Assembly: GCA_021847385.1 (NCBI GenBank)
Contig: JAJZTV010000001.1
Coordinates: 1 to 34,580, forward strand
Reading direction: 5' to 3'
Length of the DNA stretch: 34,580 nucleotides
Source: Pseudomonadota bacterium
GTDB lineage: Bacteria > Pseudomonadota > Gammaproteobacteria > Burkholderiales > Thiobacillaceae
Below the pieces are notes generated by a model that was given only the letters and a program-made list of their open reading frames with translations, was not told the DNA's origin and ran no database searches. Positions 1 to 10,533 of this stretch are shown piece after piece (position 1 is the stretch's first letter; every line of letters starts with the position of its first letter). Position numbers and translations under genes: made by a program.

Positions 1-995
1 TTCCGATCTTGGCCCATCGCGTTCATGGTGTGGTGCGACTTGTGGCAGTGGAAGGCCCAGTCGCCGGGGTTGTTCGCGGTGAACTCGATGGCGCGCATCT
101 GGCCGACCGCGACATCGGTAGTCACCTCCGGCCAGCGCGCGGACTTGGGCACCCAGCCGCCGTCGGTGCCGGTCACCTCGAAGTCGAAACCGTGGATGTG
201 CAAGGGGTGGTTGGTCATGGTCAGGTTGCCGGCGCGGATGCGCACCCGGTCGCCCTGGCGCACGACCAGCGGGTCGATGGCCGGGAACACCCGGCTGTTC
301 CAGGCCCACAGGTTGAACTCGGTCATGGTGTTGACGTTGGGCACCGCCGCACCTGGCTCGACGTCGTAGGCGCTCATGATGAACACGAAGTCGCGGTCGA
401 CCCGCATGAAGTTCGGGTCCTTCGGGTGGACCACGATGAAGCCGTGCATGCCCATGGCCATCTGCACCATCTCGTCGGCATGCGGGTGGTACATGAAGGT
501 GCCGGACTTGCTCATCTCGAATTCGTAGACGAAGGTCTTGCCCGGCTGGATCTGCGGCTGGGTCAGGCCGCCGACGCCGTCCATGCCGTTGGGCAGGATG
601 ATGCCGTGCCAATGCACCGTAGTGTGCTCCGGCAGCTTGTTGGTGACGAAGATGCGCACCTTGTCGCCCTCGACGCATTCGAGGGTCGGCCCCGGGCTGG
701 AACCGTTGTAGCCCCACATGTTCACCTTCATGCCCGGCGCGAATTCACGCACCACCGGCTCGGCCACCAAATGGAACTCCTTCCAGCCGTTCTTCATGCG
801 GAACGGCAGGCTCCAGCCGTTCAGGGTCACCACCGGGTGGTAGGGCCGGCCGCCGCTCGGCATCAAAGGCGGTTGCGTGGCGGGATCGTCAAGGAACGCC
901 GCCTCGGGTAGGCCAGCGGCCTGCACCCGGGAGACCATGGCGCTGCCCAAAACGGCGGCGCCGGAGCTGGCGAGAAACTGTCGGCGCGTCAGCAT
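1..995 (-). CDS. Tat-exported multicopper oxidase (two-domain, CopA-like), 3' end runs off the window
   Basis: Absent from the ORF track because no stop lies in the window; translated by hand. MLTRRQFL twin-arginine signal, then VHWHG, MYHPH, HPLHIHG and AFHCHKSHHTM copper motifs. GGAGAAG RBS precedes ATG 995; an alternative in-frame ATG is at 1010. Confidence 0.92.
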   Translation of the reverse strand, partial: MLTRRQFLASSGAAVLGSAMVSRVQAAGLPEAAFLDDPATQPPLMPSGGRPYHPVVTLNGWSLPFRMKNGWKEFHLVAEPVVREFAPGMKVNMWGYNGSSPGPTLECVEGDKVRIFVTNKLPEHTTVHWHGIILPNGMDGVGGLTQPQIQPGKTFVYEFEMSKSGTFMYHPHADEMVQMAMGMHGFIVVHPKDPNFMRVDRDFVFIMSAYDVEPGAAVPNVNTMTEFNLWAWNSRVFPAIDPLVVRQGDRVRIRAGNLTMTNHPLHIHGFDFEVTGTDGGWVPKSARWPEVTTDVAVGQMRAIEFTANNPGDWAFHCHKSHHTMNAMGQDR

Positions 996-1012
996 CGTTT
1001 TCTTCTCCATGA

Positions 1013-2431
1013 TTAATGCCCCCCACCGGCGCTGGCCATCGGCATGTCGCCGCCACTGGACATTTGTATGCCGCCACCGCCGCTGCCGTTCAGGCTGAGT
1101 TGCAGGCTGGCGTCGGCCAGCCAGAAATCCTTCAAGGCCTGGATATAGGCATTGACGCTGCTCACCTGTTCGCGGGCGTCGGCCAGCAGGTCGAAGATGC
1201 TGATCAGCATGCCGTTGTAGCGCAGCAGGTTTTCCTCCGAGATCTTCTTGCGCAGCGGCACGATCTCGTCCCGATAGTGCTGGGCCAGGTCGTAGGCCGT
1301 GCGATAGGCGGTATAGGCATCGCGCACCTCGGACTGCGCATTCACCGCCTGCTCGGCGACCCGATGCATGGCCTGGGTGTAGATCGCCTCGGCCTTGGCC
1401 ACGCGGGCAGCGCCCCAATCGAAGACGGGCAGGCGCAGTTCGATTTCATAACCGCGCCGATACGGTTTTTCATTGGAATTGGCATTGAGGTAACTCGCCT
1501 CCAGCACGTTGACGAAACGCGTCGCGCGGCTCAAGCCCAGGTTCTTGGCCAGGGCATCGAGCTCCTGGCCGGCCATCTGCACATCCAAGCGCCGGTCCAC
1601 GGCCTGCTGTTCGAGCTTGGCCAACGCCAGCGGCTGGCCTGGCAGGTCGGGCAGGCGTCCCGACAACTGAAAGGCCAGCTGCTTGCCAGTCAAGCCCAGC
1701 ATACGGATCAGGCGTTCGCGCTCGCTGCTCGCCGTCTGTTGGGCGCGGGCCAACTGCGCCGCCACCTCGGCGTAGAACACCTGCTCGCGCTGATAGCGCA
1801 GTTGGCTGAAGTTGCCGCCCTTGGCCATGCGCCCAGCCAGCTCGGCGCCGGCCGCGGCCGCCTCTTTGGCCTGTTGCAAATAATCGACCGTCTGCTGCGC
1901 GGCCACAGCCGAGATGTAAGCCTTGCGCGTGTCGGCAGCGGTGCGCAGCACCTCGTTGGCGATGCGCAACTGGGTCTGGACAAACAGCCGCTGTTCGATC
2001 TCGGTCCGCTTCGGCAGGGTCAGCAGGCCCATCACGTCGAACAGGAAACTACGCTCGTACTCGCGCTCGTCGCCCTGGGTGAAACGGCCGAAGGTGAAAC
2101 CCGGGTTGCGCAGACGGCCGGCCTGGACCAGATCGGCCTCGGCGATGCCCAACTCGGCCAAGCGGGCCTGCAGCCCGCGATTGTTGAGCAAAGCGACCTT
2201 CACCGCGGCATCGGCGTCGAGCGTTTGGGCCAACAGCCGGTCGACCTCATCGCCCACCCGTGCGGCATCCTGCTCAGTCTGGATGCGCTGTACGGTAAGG
2301 CCGGCCCGCGCCTGGGTCATGGCATCGACCTTGGCCAAGCCGCCATCGGGGCTGAACGCGGCACAACCGGCAAGCGTCGACAAACACAACGCAGCCGCCA
2401 TGCCGCGGGTACCGAGGCCTATCCCATCCAT
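1013..2431 (-). CDS. TolC-family outer membrane lipoprotein, copper-resistance associated
   Basis: C-terminal part of ORF 1013..2941. AGGAGG RBS 6 nt before ATG 2431, lipobox LAGC, OEP-type helical repeats (AVKVALLNN, RYNGMLISIFDLL) and a Met/His/Gly-rich tail. Ends just upstream of the oxidase. Confidence 0.88.
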   Translation of the reverse strand: MDGIGLGTRGMAAALCLSTLAGCAAFSPDGGLAKVDAMTQARAGLTVQRIQTEQDAARVGDEVDRLLAQTLDADAAVKVALLNNRGLQARLAELGIAEADLVQAGRLRNPGFTFGRFTQGDEREYERSFLFDVMGLLTLPKRTEIEQRLFVQTQLRIANEVLRTAADTRKAYISAVAAQQTVDYLQQAKEAAAAGAELAGRMAKGGNFSQLRYQREQVFYAEVAAQLARAQQTASSERERLIRMLGLTGKQLAFQLSGRLPDLPGQPLALAKLEQQAVDRRLDVQMAGQELDALAKNLGLSRATRFVNVLEASYLNANSNEKPYRRGYEIELRLPVFDWGAARVAKAEAIYTQAMHRVAEQAVNAQSEVRDAYTAYRTAYDLAQHYRDEIVPLRKKISEENLLRYNGMLISIFDLLADAREQVSSVNAYIQALKDFWLADASLQLSLNGSGGGGIQMSSGGDMPMASAGGGH

Positions 2432-2490
2432 TGCCATCCTCCTGCATCGCCGAACCGGTTCCGATATGGCGGCATGATGGCGCTGTCCAC

Positions 2491-2529
2491 CTGACCCGAC
2501 CCTGACGTCGGGATTACAAGTTTGTAATC
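2491..2529. promoter_or_regulatory. CopR/CusR-type binding site (cop box)
   Basis: Inverted repeat GATTACAA-gt-TTGTAATC at 2512-2529, plus CTGAC half-sites at 2491 and 2502 in 11-bp phase. Lies between the divergent tolC-like gene and cusR. Confidence 0.75.
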
Positions 2530-2566
2530 TGTCCGCCCCGCTGCTTACTAGGGCAAAATGCACCGC

Positions 2567-3250
2567 ATGAAGATTCTGATCGTCGAAGATGAACCCAAGA
2601 CCGGCGACTACCTGCGCCAAGGCCTGAGCGAGGCCGGTTTCGTGGTCGACCTGGTGCGCACCGGGCCCGACGGTCTGCACCTGGGCCGCACCGGCGACTA
2701 CGACTTGTTGATCCTGGATGTCATGCTGCCCGGCCTCGATGGCTGGCAAATCCTGCAAGGCCTGCGCAGCGAAGGCAAAGACATGCCGGTGCTGTTCCTC
2801 ACGGCCCGCGACCAGGTCGAGGACCGGGTACGCGGGCTGGAGCTCGGCGCCGACGATTACCTGGTCAAGCCCTTCGCCTTCACCGAACTCCTGGCCCGAG
2901 TACGTACGCTGTTGCGCCGCAGTAAATCGGCCCAGCCCCAAAATACCTTGCAGGTGGCCGACCTGGAACTGGACCTGCTGCGCCGCCGGGTCAGCCGCGC
3001 CGGCCGCAAGCTCGAGCTCACCGCCAAGGAATTCGCCCTGCTGGAACTGTTCATGCGCCGTCAGGGTGAAGTGTTGCCGCGCGCCCTGATCGCCTCCCAG
3101 GTCTGGGATATGAATTTCGACAGCGACACCAATGTGGTCGAAGTGGCGGTGCGCCGGCTGCGGGCCAAGGTCGACGACGCGTTCGAGCCCAAGCTGATCC
3201 GCACCGTGCGCGGCATGGGCTATGTGCTGGAAGCGCCAACGGCGGCATGA
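2567..3250 (+). CDS. cusR: Heavy-metal response regulator (OmpR family)
   Basis: [26 protein letters not shown] and [23 protein letters not shown], typical of CusR/CopR/CzcR. Confidence 0.93.
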   Translation: MKILIVEDEPKTGDYLRQGLSEAGFVVDLVRTGPDGLHLGRTGDYDLLILDVMLPGLDGWQILQGLRSEGKDMPVLFLTARDQVEDRVRGLELGADDYLVKPFAFTELLARVRTLLRRSKSAQPQNTLQVADLELDLLRRRVSRAGRKLELTAKEFALLELFMRRQGEVLPRALIASQVWDMNFDSDTNVVEVAVRRLRAKVDDAFEPKLIRTVRGMGYVLEAPTAA

Positions 3251-4644
3251 GACCGCTCTCCCTCACCAGCCGCATCAGCCTGCTGTTCTCCGGCGCGGCG
3301 GCCATGGTACTGCTCGTGGTCGGCTGGGTACTGGCCATGGCGGTCGAGGCCCACTTCGTCGACGAGGACAGGCATGAGATTCACGGCAAGTTCGAGTTGA
3401 TCGAACACCTGCTCGGCAAGGCCCACGAGCGAAATCAACTCGATGCCCTGGTCCAGCAACTCGACGATGCGCTGATCGGCCATCATGGCCTGTCGGTCAC
3501 CATCATCGATGACCAAGGCGCCATCTGGTTCGCCAGCTCCGGTGCACCCTACCCTAAGCCGCTGCTGGCTGAGGTTGCCGACCCGGCGCAAGCGCTGGTC
3601 ATGTGGCGCGAGGGCGACCACAGCTATCGTGGCCAGGTCATGCCGTTCCCGGTCGGGGCCGAAGCCAAACCGTATCGCATCGCCATCGCGCTCGACATTA
3701 CCCATCATCAGGCGTTCATGGCCGAGTTCCGCCGGCTGCTGGCCATCGCCATGGTACTTGCCGTGCTCACGACCGCCGGGCTCGGCTGGTTTGCCACCCG
3801 GCGCGGCCTTGGCCCCCTGCACCAGGTGACCCGGCTGGCCTCGACCTTGTCGGCCAGCCGCTTGACCGAACGGCTGCAGCCTCGCCAAATCCCGGCCGAA
3901 TTGCAAGACTTGGTGCAGGCCTTCAACGCCATGCTCGACCGGCTAGAAGACGCCTTTCGCCGGCTGTCGCATTTCTCCTCCGACATCGCCCACGAACTGC
4001 GCACGCCGATCAGCAACCTGATGACCGAGACCGAGGTGGCGCTTACCAAGACACGCAGTGCCGAGGAATACCGCGACATCCTGCAATCCAATCTGGAGGA
4101 GTATGCATGGCTGGCGCGCATGATCGGCGACATGCTGTTCCTGGCCAAGGCCGACAACTGCTTGATCGTACCCAAGCGCGAGCCCATCGATCTGCACGAA
4201 GAGACTCGCCGCTTGATCGAGTTTTACGAAGCCTTGGCGGCCGAGCATGAGGTTTGTCTGGCGCTGACCGGCAGCGCCCAGACCACGGGCGACCGCCTGA
4301 TGCTACAGCGTGCCCTGTCCAACCTGCTGTCCAACGCAATCCGGCATACCCCGAAGGCCGGCACGATCGACGTGACCCTAAGCCAGCAGGCCGATGTCTC
4401 GGTCATCGCGGTCGAGAACCCCGGCCCGGGCATCGCGCCCGAGCACCTGCCGCACGTATTCGATCGCTTCTATCAGGCCGACCCTGCCCGGCGCGCAGGC
4501 ACCGGCGAACATGCAGGATTGGGCTTGGCCATCACCCAATCCATCGTCGAAGCCCACGGCGGCATAATCAGCGTCAGCTCCCAAGCCGGACGCACCCGCT
4601 TCGAGATCCGCCTGCCCAACATCGCTGCCGCAACATCGCTATAA
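3247..4644 (+). CDS. cusS: Heavy-metal sensor histidine kinase
   Basis: Two TM segments, periplasmic HF and GHH, HAMP domain, H-box [13 protein letters not shown]-box [10 protein letters not shown]2 box GLGLAI. ATGA overlap with cusR. Confidence 0.92.
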   Translation: MRPLSLTSRISLLFSGAAAMVLLVVGWVLAMAVEAHFVDEDRHEIHGKFELIEHLLGKAHERNQLDALVQQLDDALIGHHGLSVTIIDDQGAIWFASSGAPYPKPLLAEVADPAQALVMWREGDHSYRGQVMPFPVGAEAKPYRIAIALDITHHQAFMAEFRRLLAIAMVLAVLTTAGLGWFATRRGLGPLHQVTRLASTLSASRLTERLQPRQIPAELQDLVQAFNAMLDRLEDAFRRLSHFSSDIAHELRTPISNLMTETEVALTKTRSAEEYRDILQSNLEEYAWLARMIGDMLFLAKADNCLIVPKREPIDLHEETRRLIEFYEALAAEHEVCLALTGSAQTTGDRLMLQRALSNLLSNAIRHTPKAGTIDVTLSQQADVSVIAVENPGPGIAPEHLPHVFDRFYQADPARRAGTGEHAGLGLAITQSIVEAHGGIISVSSQAGRTRFEIRLPNIAAATSL

Positions 4645-4692
4645 CACTCAGCGGCTATACTGTTGGCCAATTGGCAAACCAGGGAGGTCGCA

Positions 4693-6327
4693 ATGCAGGC
4701 AAGCTGGCACAGCTTGAAGGAACACCGCAAGGCATGGAAAAACCTACACCTGCGAACGCTGTTCGAACAGGATAGCCAGCGCTTCGAGCATTTCTCCCTG
4801 AACCTGGACGACCTGCTGCTCGACTATTCCAAGAACCTGATCACCGACGACACGCTGCGCGGCCTGATTGCGCTGGCCCGCGAATTGGGCGTCGAAGCCA
4901 AACGCGATGCCATGTTCAATGGCGACAAGATCAACCTGACCGAACAACGTGCGGTGCTGCACACCGCGCTGCGCAACCGGGCCGACCGCCCAGTCCTGGT
5001 CGACGGCCAGGACGTGATGCCGGCCGTCCGCCGGGTGCTGGCCCAGATGCGCGAATTCACCGAAACCGTGCGCGCCGGCCGCTGGCGCGGCTACAGCGGC
5101 AAAGCCATCACCGATGTGGTCAACATCGGCATCGGCGGCTCCGACCTGGGGCCGGTCATGGTCTGCCAAGCCCTTGCCCCCTATGGCCGGCCCGGCCTGC
5201 GCGCCCATTTCGTCTCCAACGTCGACCCGAGCCACCTGCACGACACGCTGCAGAGGCTCGAGCCCGAGACCACGCTGTTCATCGTCGCGTCCAAGACCTT
5301 CACCACGCAGGAAACCTTGTCCAATGCCCGCGCCGCGCGCAAATGGCTGCTGGCCAAGGCACATGACGAAGCGGCGGTAGCCCGCCACTTCGTCGCGGTC
5401 TCGACCAACGAGGCCGAGGTGCGCCGCTTCGGCATCGACCCGGACCACATGTTCGAATTCTGGGATTGGGTCGGCGGCCGTTATTCGCTCTGGAGCGCTA
5501 TCGGCCTAGCCATCGCCGTGCATATCGGCATGGACAATTTCGAACAACTGCTCGCCGGCAGCTTCGAGATGGACGAGCATTTCCGCACGGCGCCGTTGGA
5601 ACGGAACATGCCGGCCATCCTGGGCCTACTCGGCGTCTGGTACAACAACTTCTGGGATGCCCAGAGCTGGGCCATGCTGCCCTACGACCAGCACCTGGCC
5701 CGGTTGCCGGCCTATTGCCAGCAACTGGACATGGAATCGAACGGCAAGACCATCACCCGCAAAGGCAAACCCAGCCCCGTTTCGACCGGGCCGGTGCTGC
5801 TCGGCGAACCCGGCACCAATGGCCAACACGCCTTCTACCAGTTGATCCACCAGGGCACCAAGCTGGTCCCCTGCGATTTCCTGGCTGCGGCCGAGAGCCA
5901 TAACGACCTCGACGGCCAGCACGCCATGTTGTTGTCCAACTTCTTCGCCCAGACCGAAGCGCTGATGCGCGGCAAGACCCGGGCCGAGGTCGAGACCGAG
6001 CTGGCGGCCGAAGGCTTGAGCTTGGCCCGCATCCGAAAGCTCGCTCCGCACAAGGTGTTCGCCGGCAACCGGCCGACCAATTCGCTGCTTTACTGCAAAC
6101 TGACGCCGCACACCCTGGGCCGCTTGATTGCGCTCTACGAACACAAGGTGTTCGTCCAAGGCGCAATCTGGGATATCAATTCCTTCGACCAATGGGGCGT
6201 CGAGTTAGGCAAACAGCTGGCTAAGGCCATCTTGCCCGAGTTGGGCGATAATTCGACAATCGTTAGCCATGACAGCTCGACCAATGGCCTGATCAACCAC
6301 TACAAGCACCTACGCCAATCAGCATGA
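4693..6327 (+). CDS. pgi: Glucose-6-phosphate isomerase
   Basis: [22 protein letters not shown] and [10 protein letters not shown] signatures. GGAGG RBS before ATG 4693; TATACT -10 candidate at 4656-4661. Confidence 0.97.
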   Translation: MQASWHSLKEHRKAWKNLHLRTLFEQDSQRFEHFSLNLDDLLLDYSKNLITDDTLRGLIALARELGVEAKRDAMFNGDKINLTEQRAVLHTALRNRADRPVLVDGQDVMPAVRRVLAQMREFTETVRAGRWRGYSGKAITDVVNIGIGGSDLGPVMVCQALAPYGRPGLRAHFVSNVDPSHLHDTLQRLEPETTLFIVASKTFTTQETLSNARAARKWLLAKAHDEAAVARHFVAVSTNEAEVRRFGIDPDHMFEFWDWVGGRYSLWSAIGLAIAVHIGMDNFEQLLAGSFEMDEHFRTAPLERNMPAILGLLGVWYNNFWDAQSWAMLPYDQHLARLPAYCQQLDMESNGKTITRKGKPSPVSTGPVLLGEPGTNGQHAFYQLIHQGTKLVPCDFLAAAESHNDLDGQHAMLLSNFFAQTEALMRGKTRAEVETELAAEGLSLARIRKLAPHKVFAGNRPTNSLLYCKLTPHTLGRLIALYEHKVFVQGAIWDINSFDQWGVELGKQLAKAILPELGDNSTIVSHDSSTNGLINHYKHLRQSA

Positions 6328-7151
6328 CAGCCCAACCCGCTCCAGCCATCACACCCGACCACATACAAATCCCCACCCCGCCATCGCTACTGCTCGATCT
6401 GGAACGACTGCTCGATGCCGACAACGTCAACCTGCAATCCGTGGCGGCCGTCATCGCCAAGGATGCCGGCATCACCGCCCAGATCTTCCGCGCCCTGACC
6501 ACGCCGGCCTATGGCTTGAAAAAGGCCCCGGACAGCCTGGGCAAGGCGGTGTCCATCCTCGGCATGAAGACGCTGCACGACTTGGTCAAGGGGCTCTGCC
6601 TACGCCAAGCCTTGTCCGGCAACGGCCTGCAGTTGGAACCTTTCTGGGAACGCTCGGCCGAGGTCGCCTGTTTGGCATCCAACATCGCCTGGGCACAACG
6701 CACCGTGGTCAATGTGCTGCCTGAGCATGCACACCTGGTCGGCCTGTTCCACGACTGCGGCATCCCGGTGCTGGCCATGCGCACCACGGACTACTGCAAG
6801 GCCTTCTGCAAGGGCGGCAGCCGGGCCTGGCCGGACGTGCGCAAGGAAGACCAGAAATTCAGCACCGACCACACCGTGGTCGGTTATCTGGTGGCCAAGC
6901 ATTGGAAACTGCCGGAATACGTGTGCCAGGCGGTGCGCCACCATCATGAGATCGTCGAGGCCGAGCACAAGGCCGCCACCCTGGTCGCCATCCTGCAAAT
7001 GGCCATCCACATCCACAACCGGCACAGCGGCCAGGACGACGGCGAATGGCAGGAGATCGAAACCCGTGTGCTCGACGAGCTGGGTATCCACCCCGACGGC
7101 CTGCGCGAATTCGAGGAGGATATCATCGAGCGCTGCCAACAGCAGGCCTGA
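6324..7151 (+). CDS. HDOD domain signal-transduction protein
   Basis: [45 protein letters not shown] and AVRHHH. ATGA overlap with pgi. Confidence 0.85.
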   Translation: MTAQPAPAITPDHIQIPTPPSLLLDLERLLDADNVNLQSVAAVIAKDAGITAQIFRALTTPAYGLKKAPDSLGKAVSILGMKTLHDLVKGLCLRQALSGNGLQLEPFWERSAEVACLASNIAWAQRTVVNVLPEHAHLVGLFHDCGIPVLAMRTTDYCKAFCKGGSRAWPDVRKEDQKFSTDHTVVGYLVAKHWKLPEYVCQAVRHHHEIVEAEHKAATLVAILQMAIHIHNRHSGQDDGEWQEIETRVLDELGIHPDGLREFEEDIIERCQQQA

Positions 7152-7154
7152 ACC

Positions 7155-7538
7155 ATGAGCTACGAAACCCTGAAACACCTGCACGCGCTGACCGTCGCCG
7201 CCACCCTCGCCCTGTTCCTGCTGCGCGGCTACTGGATGTTGCGCGACTCGCCGCGCTTGCAGGCCCGTTGGGCGCGGATCGTGCCGCACATCAACGACAC
7301 GCTCTTGCTCGCCAGCGCGATCGGCATGCTGGTCGTCGCCGGGCTGAACCCGCTCGACCAGCCCTGGCTCATGGCCAAGATCGTCGGCCTGCTCGCCTAC
7401 ATCAGCCTGGGCACCCTCGCCCTCAAACGCGGCAGCACCAAGGCTATGCGGATCAAGGCCTTCGTCGCATCGCTCGGCGTGTTCGGCTATATCGTCGCGA
7501 TCGCGCTGACCAAGCAGGTCGTACCGGGGCTAGGCTAA
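7155..7538 (+). CDS. SirB2-family membrane protein
   Basis: LKHLH, PHINDTLLLASAI and WLMAKIVGLLAYISLG motifs; four hydrophobic helices. Confidence 0.85.
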   Translation: MSYETLKHLHALTVAATLALFLLRGYWMLRDSPRLQARWARIVPHINDTLLLASAIGMLVVAGLNPLDQPWLMAKIVGLLAYISLGTLALKRGSTKAMRIKAFVASLGVFGYIVAIALTKQVVPGLG

Positions 7539-7541
7539 GAC

Positions 7542-9905
7542 TCAATCGCCGGCATGCCAATAGCGTGCTTGCCGCACTCTTGCCTCGCCTAATTGCAGGC
7601 CTCGCACCTGAAAGCGCAGCAGCACCGCGCCATTGCGGTCGGTGCGCAGTACTTGCGCGCCGCTATCGAGATAACGTCGCACCACCTCGGGCTTGGGGTG
7701 GCCGAAGCGGTTGCGGTGGCCGACCGGAATCACGATCCAGTGCGGGTTGACGGCGGCGAGGAAGGCCGGGGTCGACGAGGTGGCGCTGCCATGATGCGGC
7801 GCGATCAGCACGTCGGCCTGAAGCCGCCCCGGCACACGCTCCAGCAAGCTCATCTCGCCTAGCCGTTCGATGTCGGCCGGGATCAAGGCCGAACCGAAGC
7901 GGCTGCTGATCTTCAACACGCAGCCGCGGTCGTTGTCGCGATAGTTGCGGTTGACGTAGTGCTCCGGTGTCGGGTGCAGCAATTCGAAATGCACGCCGTC
8001 CCAATCCCACTGTTGTCCGGCCAGGCAAGGCCGCAGCCCAGGCGCATATCGCAGCACCGCTTGGCCTATTGGGCTGACCGTCTCACTGGGAAGGCCGACG
8101 AAAGAGGCGGCTGTCCACCGAGGTGTGTGACTGGCCAGCAGACTCAAGGCGCCACCGCTGTGGTCGCTGTCGTCGTGGCTGACGATCAGACCGTCAAGCT
8201 TGGCGATGCCTTCGGCATATAAATAAGGCGCGACGATCCGGCCTCCGGCATCTTCGCCCGAGACGTAGCGCGGCCCGGCGTCGAAGACCAGGGCATGCTC
8301 GGTCGTCCGCACAACGGCGGCCAGGCCCTGGCCGACATCGAGCACGTCGAGCCAGACCTCGCCCTGATCCGGCCGGTCCAAACGCGGCAACAACAGCGGC
8401 AAGAACAGAACAGCACCCAGCCAACGTGCCGACAAGCCACGCGGCAGGATCATGATGAGCGCACCGATCAGCGCCAACACCAGTGCCGCGACCGACGGTT
8501 CGGCGCCATGCCAAACCGGTTGTGGCAAGGCATCGAGCCAAGTCAGCCCCTGCATGACGAGTGCGATCAGCGCGTGGGCCAAATCGGCCAAGCCATCCCA
8601 GGGCAACAGTGACGCCAGCAGCACCAAAGGCACCACCAGCCAACTGACCAGCGGGATGGCGAAGGCGTTGGCCAACGGCGACACCAGCGAGGCCTCATGG
8701 AAAATCAGTAGCAAGCCCGGCAGCAAGACCAAGGTTACGGCCGCTTGCGCCGCTAGCCACGCCCGCCACGGCGCGTCCCGCCCTAAACGGCCTTGGCCGC
8801 CGAGCATCAATGCGGCGACCGCACCGAAAGACAACCAGAACCCGGGCGACAAGGCCGCCCACGGATCGAGCAGCACGACAACGAACAGGGCCAGAGCCAG
8901 GATGCGCGAGGCGGAGACGGCACGATCGAAGAGCAAGGCCAAAGCCGCAACCGCCAACATGAAGAGCGTGCGCTGTGCCGGAATACCAAAGCCAGCCAAC
9001 GCAACGTAGATCACCGCCGCGACGAGCCCCAAGCCGATGCCAGCCTTCTGCGCCGGTAGACGCAAGGCCAAGGCCGGTAGCCGGCGCCAAAAGAACTGGA
9101 CCAAGCCATAGACCAGCACCGAGAACAGCGTCACGTGCAGGCCGGAAATCGACATCAAGTGCGTCACGCCGGTGTGGCGGAACAAGGTCCATTGGCTATC
9201 GGGGATCGCATTCTGGTCGCCTACCGCCAAGGCCACGGCGACCCCGGCATAGGGACGGTCGTGCAAGGCGGTGAGCAAGCGGCTGCGCAAGGCCTCGCGT
9301 AGGCGATCGAGCGCTGCGCGCGGCTTGCCGGTGCAGGCCTCGGCCGCCACCGGCTCGGCGACGACATGGCCGGTAGCACGAATCCCGCGCTCCAACAGCC
9401 AGCCCTCATAGTCGAACCCGTGCGGATTGACATTGCCATGCGGCCGGAACAGGCGTGCGCTCAAGCGCAGGCAATCGCCGCCGTGCAGCGGCATCAGCAC
9501 CGTCGTCGCGTCGTCGAGATAGCGGTTGAGCATCAGCCGCTCGGGCACTCGCGCCCCCGGACTCAACACCCGCTGGACTTGGAAAACAAAACGCTGCCCA
9601 CGCGGCATAGCCTCAGGCAGGCCGAGTACGCGCCCCTGCAATACGATGTCCCGCCCCTCCCAAGCCCGCGGCAAGATTTCGCTCAAGCGCAACTCGGCGC
9701 GCCAGCTCGCATAGAAAAAACCGGCATAGGCAGCGAGCAAGAGCCAAGGGACCGCGCGCCAGAGACGCCACGAACCACGCCTCGGCCACCAAGCCGCCAG
9801 CAGGAACAACAGGGGCGCCAGCCAAAGCCAACGGAACTCCGGCAGCACTACCTGGGTCTGCAACCATGCCGCCCCTAAAGCGAAACCCAATGCGATGGCA
9901 CGCAT
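7542..9905 (-). CDS. comEC: DNA internalization competence protein ComEC/Rec2
   Basis: NPHGFDYE, GVTHLMSISGLH, GFWLSF, LDVGQG, SHDDSDH, PHHGS, NRFGHP and RTDRNGAV. Confidence 0.95.
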   Translation of the reverse strand: MRAIALGFALGAAWLQTQVVLPEFRWLWLAPLLFLLAAWWPRRGSWRLWRAVPWLLLAAYAGFFYASWRAELRLSEILPRAWEGRDIVLQGRVLGLPEAMPRGQRFVFQVQRVLSPGARVPERLMLNRYLDDATTVLMPLHGGDCLRLSARLFRPHGNVNPHGFDYEGWLLERGIRATGHVVAEPVAAEACTGKPRAALDRLREALRSRLLTALHDRPYAGVAVALAVGDQNAIPDSQWTLFRHTGVTHLMSISGLHVTLFSVLVYGLVQFFWRRLPALALRLPAQKAGIGLGLVAAVIYVALAGFGIPAQRTLFMLAVAALALLFDRAVSASRILALALFVVVLLDPWAALSPGFWLSFGAVAALMLGGQGRLGRDAPWRAWLAAQAAVTLVLLPGLLLIFHEASLVSPLANAFAIPLVSWLVVPLVLLASLLPWDGLADLAHALIALVMQGLTWLDALPQPVWHGAEPSVAALVLALIGALIMILPRGLSARWLGAVLFLPLLLPRLDRPDQGEVWLDVLDVGQGLAAVVRTTEHALVFDAGPRYVSGEDAGGRIVAPYLYAEGIAKLDGLIVSHDDSDHSGGALSLLASHTPRWTAASFVGLPSETVSPIGQAVLRYAPGLRPCLAGQQWDWDGVHFELLHPTPEHYVNRNYRDNDRGCVLKISSRFGSALIPADIERLGEMSLLERVPGRLQADVLIAPHHGSATSSTPAFLAAVNPHWIVIPVGHRNRFGHPKPEVVRRYLDSGAQVLRTDRNGAVLLRFQVRGLQLGEARVRQARYWHAGD

Positions 9906-9974
9906 AGCCTAGCTTTGCTAACCTCCCATCATATGGTTCTTGTTTTGATTTTCGGGCCTAACCAGACCTTACCG

Positions 9975-10526
9975 ATGCCGCGTAAACACTTCAGAAAATA
10001 CCTGCCCGATCACCACAGCGTACGTGGCCACCGCCACCTCCGCCACTTCGGGCCCTTGCTCAAGCACCCCAATCTCTGGCACTTGAACCGGCATTCGGTC
10101 GCAGGCGGTGTCGCCGCCGGCATGTTCGCCGGCTTGATCCCCGGCCCGGTGCAAATGTTGGCCGGGGCCATCCTCGCCATCATCTTCCGGGTCAACCTGC
10201 CGGTCGCGATGGTGACCACCTGGTATACCAACCCGATCACCTGGGGGCCGATCATCGTCGTCGCCTATGCCATCGGCTCGCTGATCACCGGCGAACCGAT
10301 GGGCAAGGTGACGGGATTCGAATTCGACTGGAGCAGCGGCGATTGGCATCTGTTCCTGCCCCGCTTATACGAATGGTTCCTCGGCCTGGGCGAAACCTAC
10401 CTGATCGGCAGCCTGATCCTCGGTCTGGTCCTGGCTGCGCTCGGCTATATCGCAGTGCAGATCGCCTGGCGCTTGTATCTGCTGGCCTATCTCAAGCGTC
10501 GGCGGCAACGGCGCAAGCCGGTCTAA
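9975..10526 (+). CDS. DUF2062 family membrane protein
   Basis: LWHLNRHSVAGGVAAG, RVNLPVA and WYTNPIT motifs. Usual neighbour of comEC and lolD. Start placed at ATG 9975. Confidence 0.85.
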   Translation: MPRKHFRKYLPDHHSVRGHRHLRHFGPLLKHPNLWHLNRHSVAGGVAAGMFAGLIPGPVQMLAGAILAIIFRVNLPVAMVTTWYTNPITWGPIIVVAYAIGSLITGEPMGKVTGFEFDWSSGDWHLFLPRLYEWFLGLGETYLIGSLILGLVLAALGYIAVQIAWRLYLLAYLKRRRQRRKPV

Positions 10527-10533
10527 GCGGCGA

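Noticed and set aside
9-2494. Long plus-strand ORFs 9..911 and 1016..2494
   Set aside because: Antisense shadows of the oxidase and TolC-like genes, expected in high-GC DNA; no recognisable motifs.
2432-2941. Apparent 170-aa N-terminal extension of the TolC ORF
   Set aside because: It is antisense to cusR and the promoter region; the RBS and lipobox place the real start at 2431.
7542-9905. DNA uptake sequences associated with comEC
   Set aside because: No Neisseria-type GCCGTCTGAA or other recurring 9-10-mer was noticed by eye; a k-mer count was not possible.
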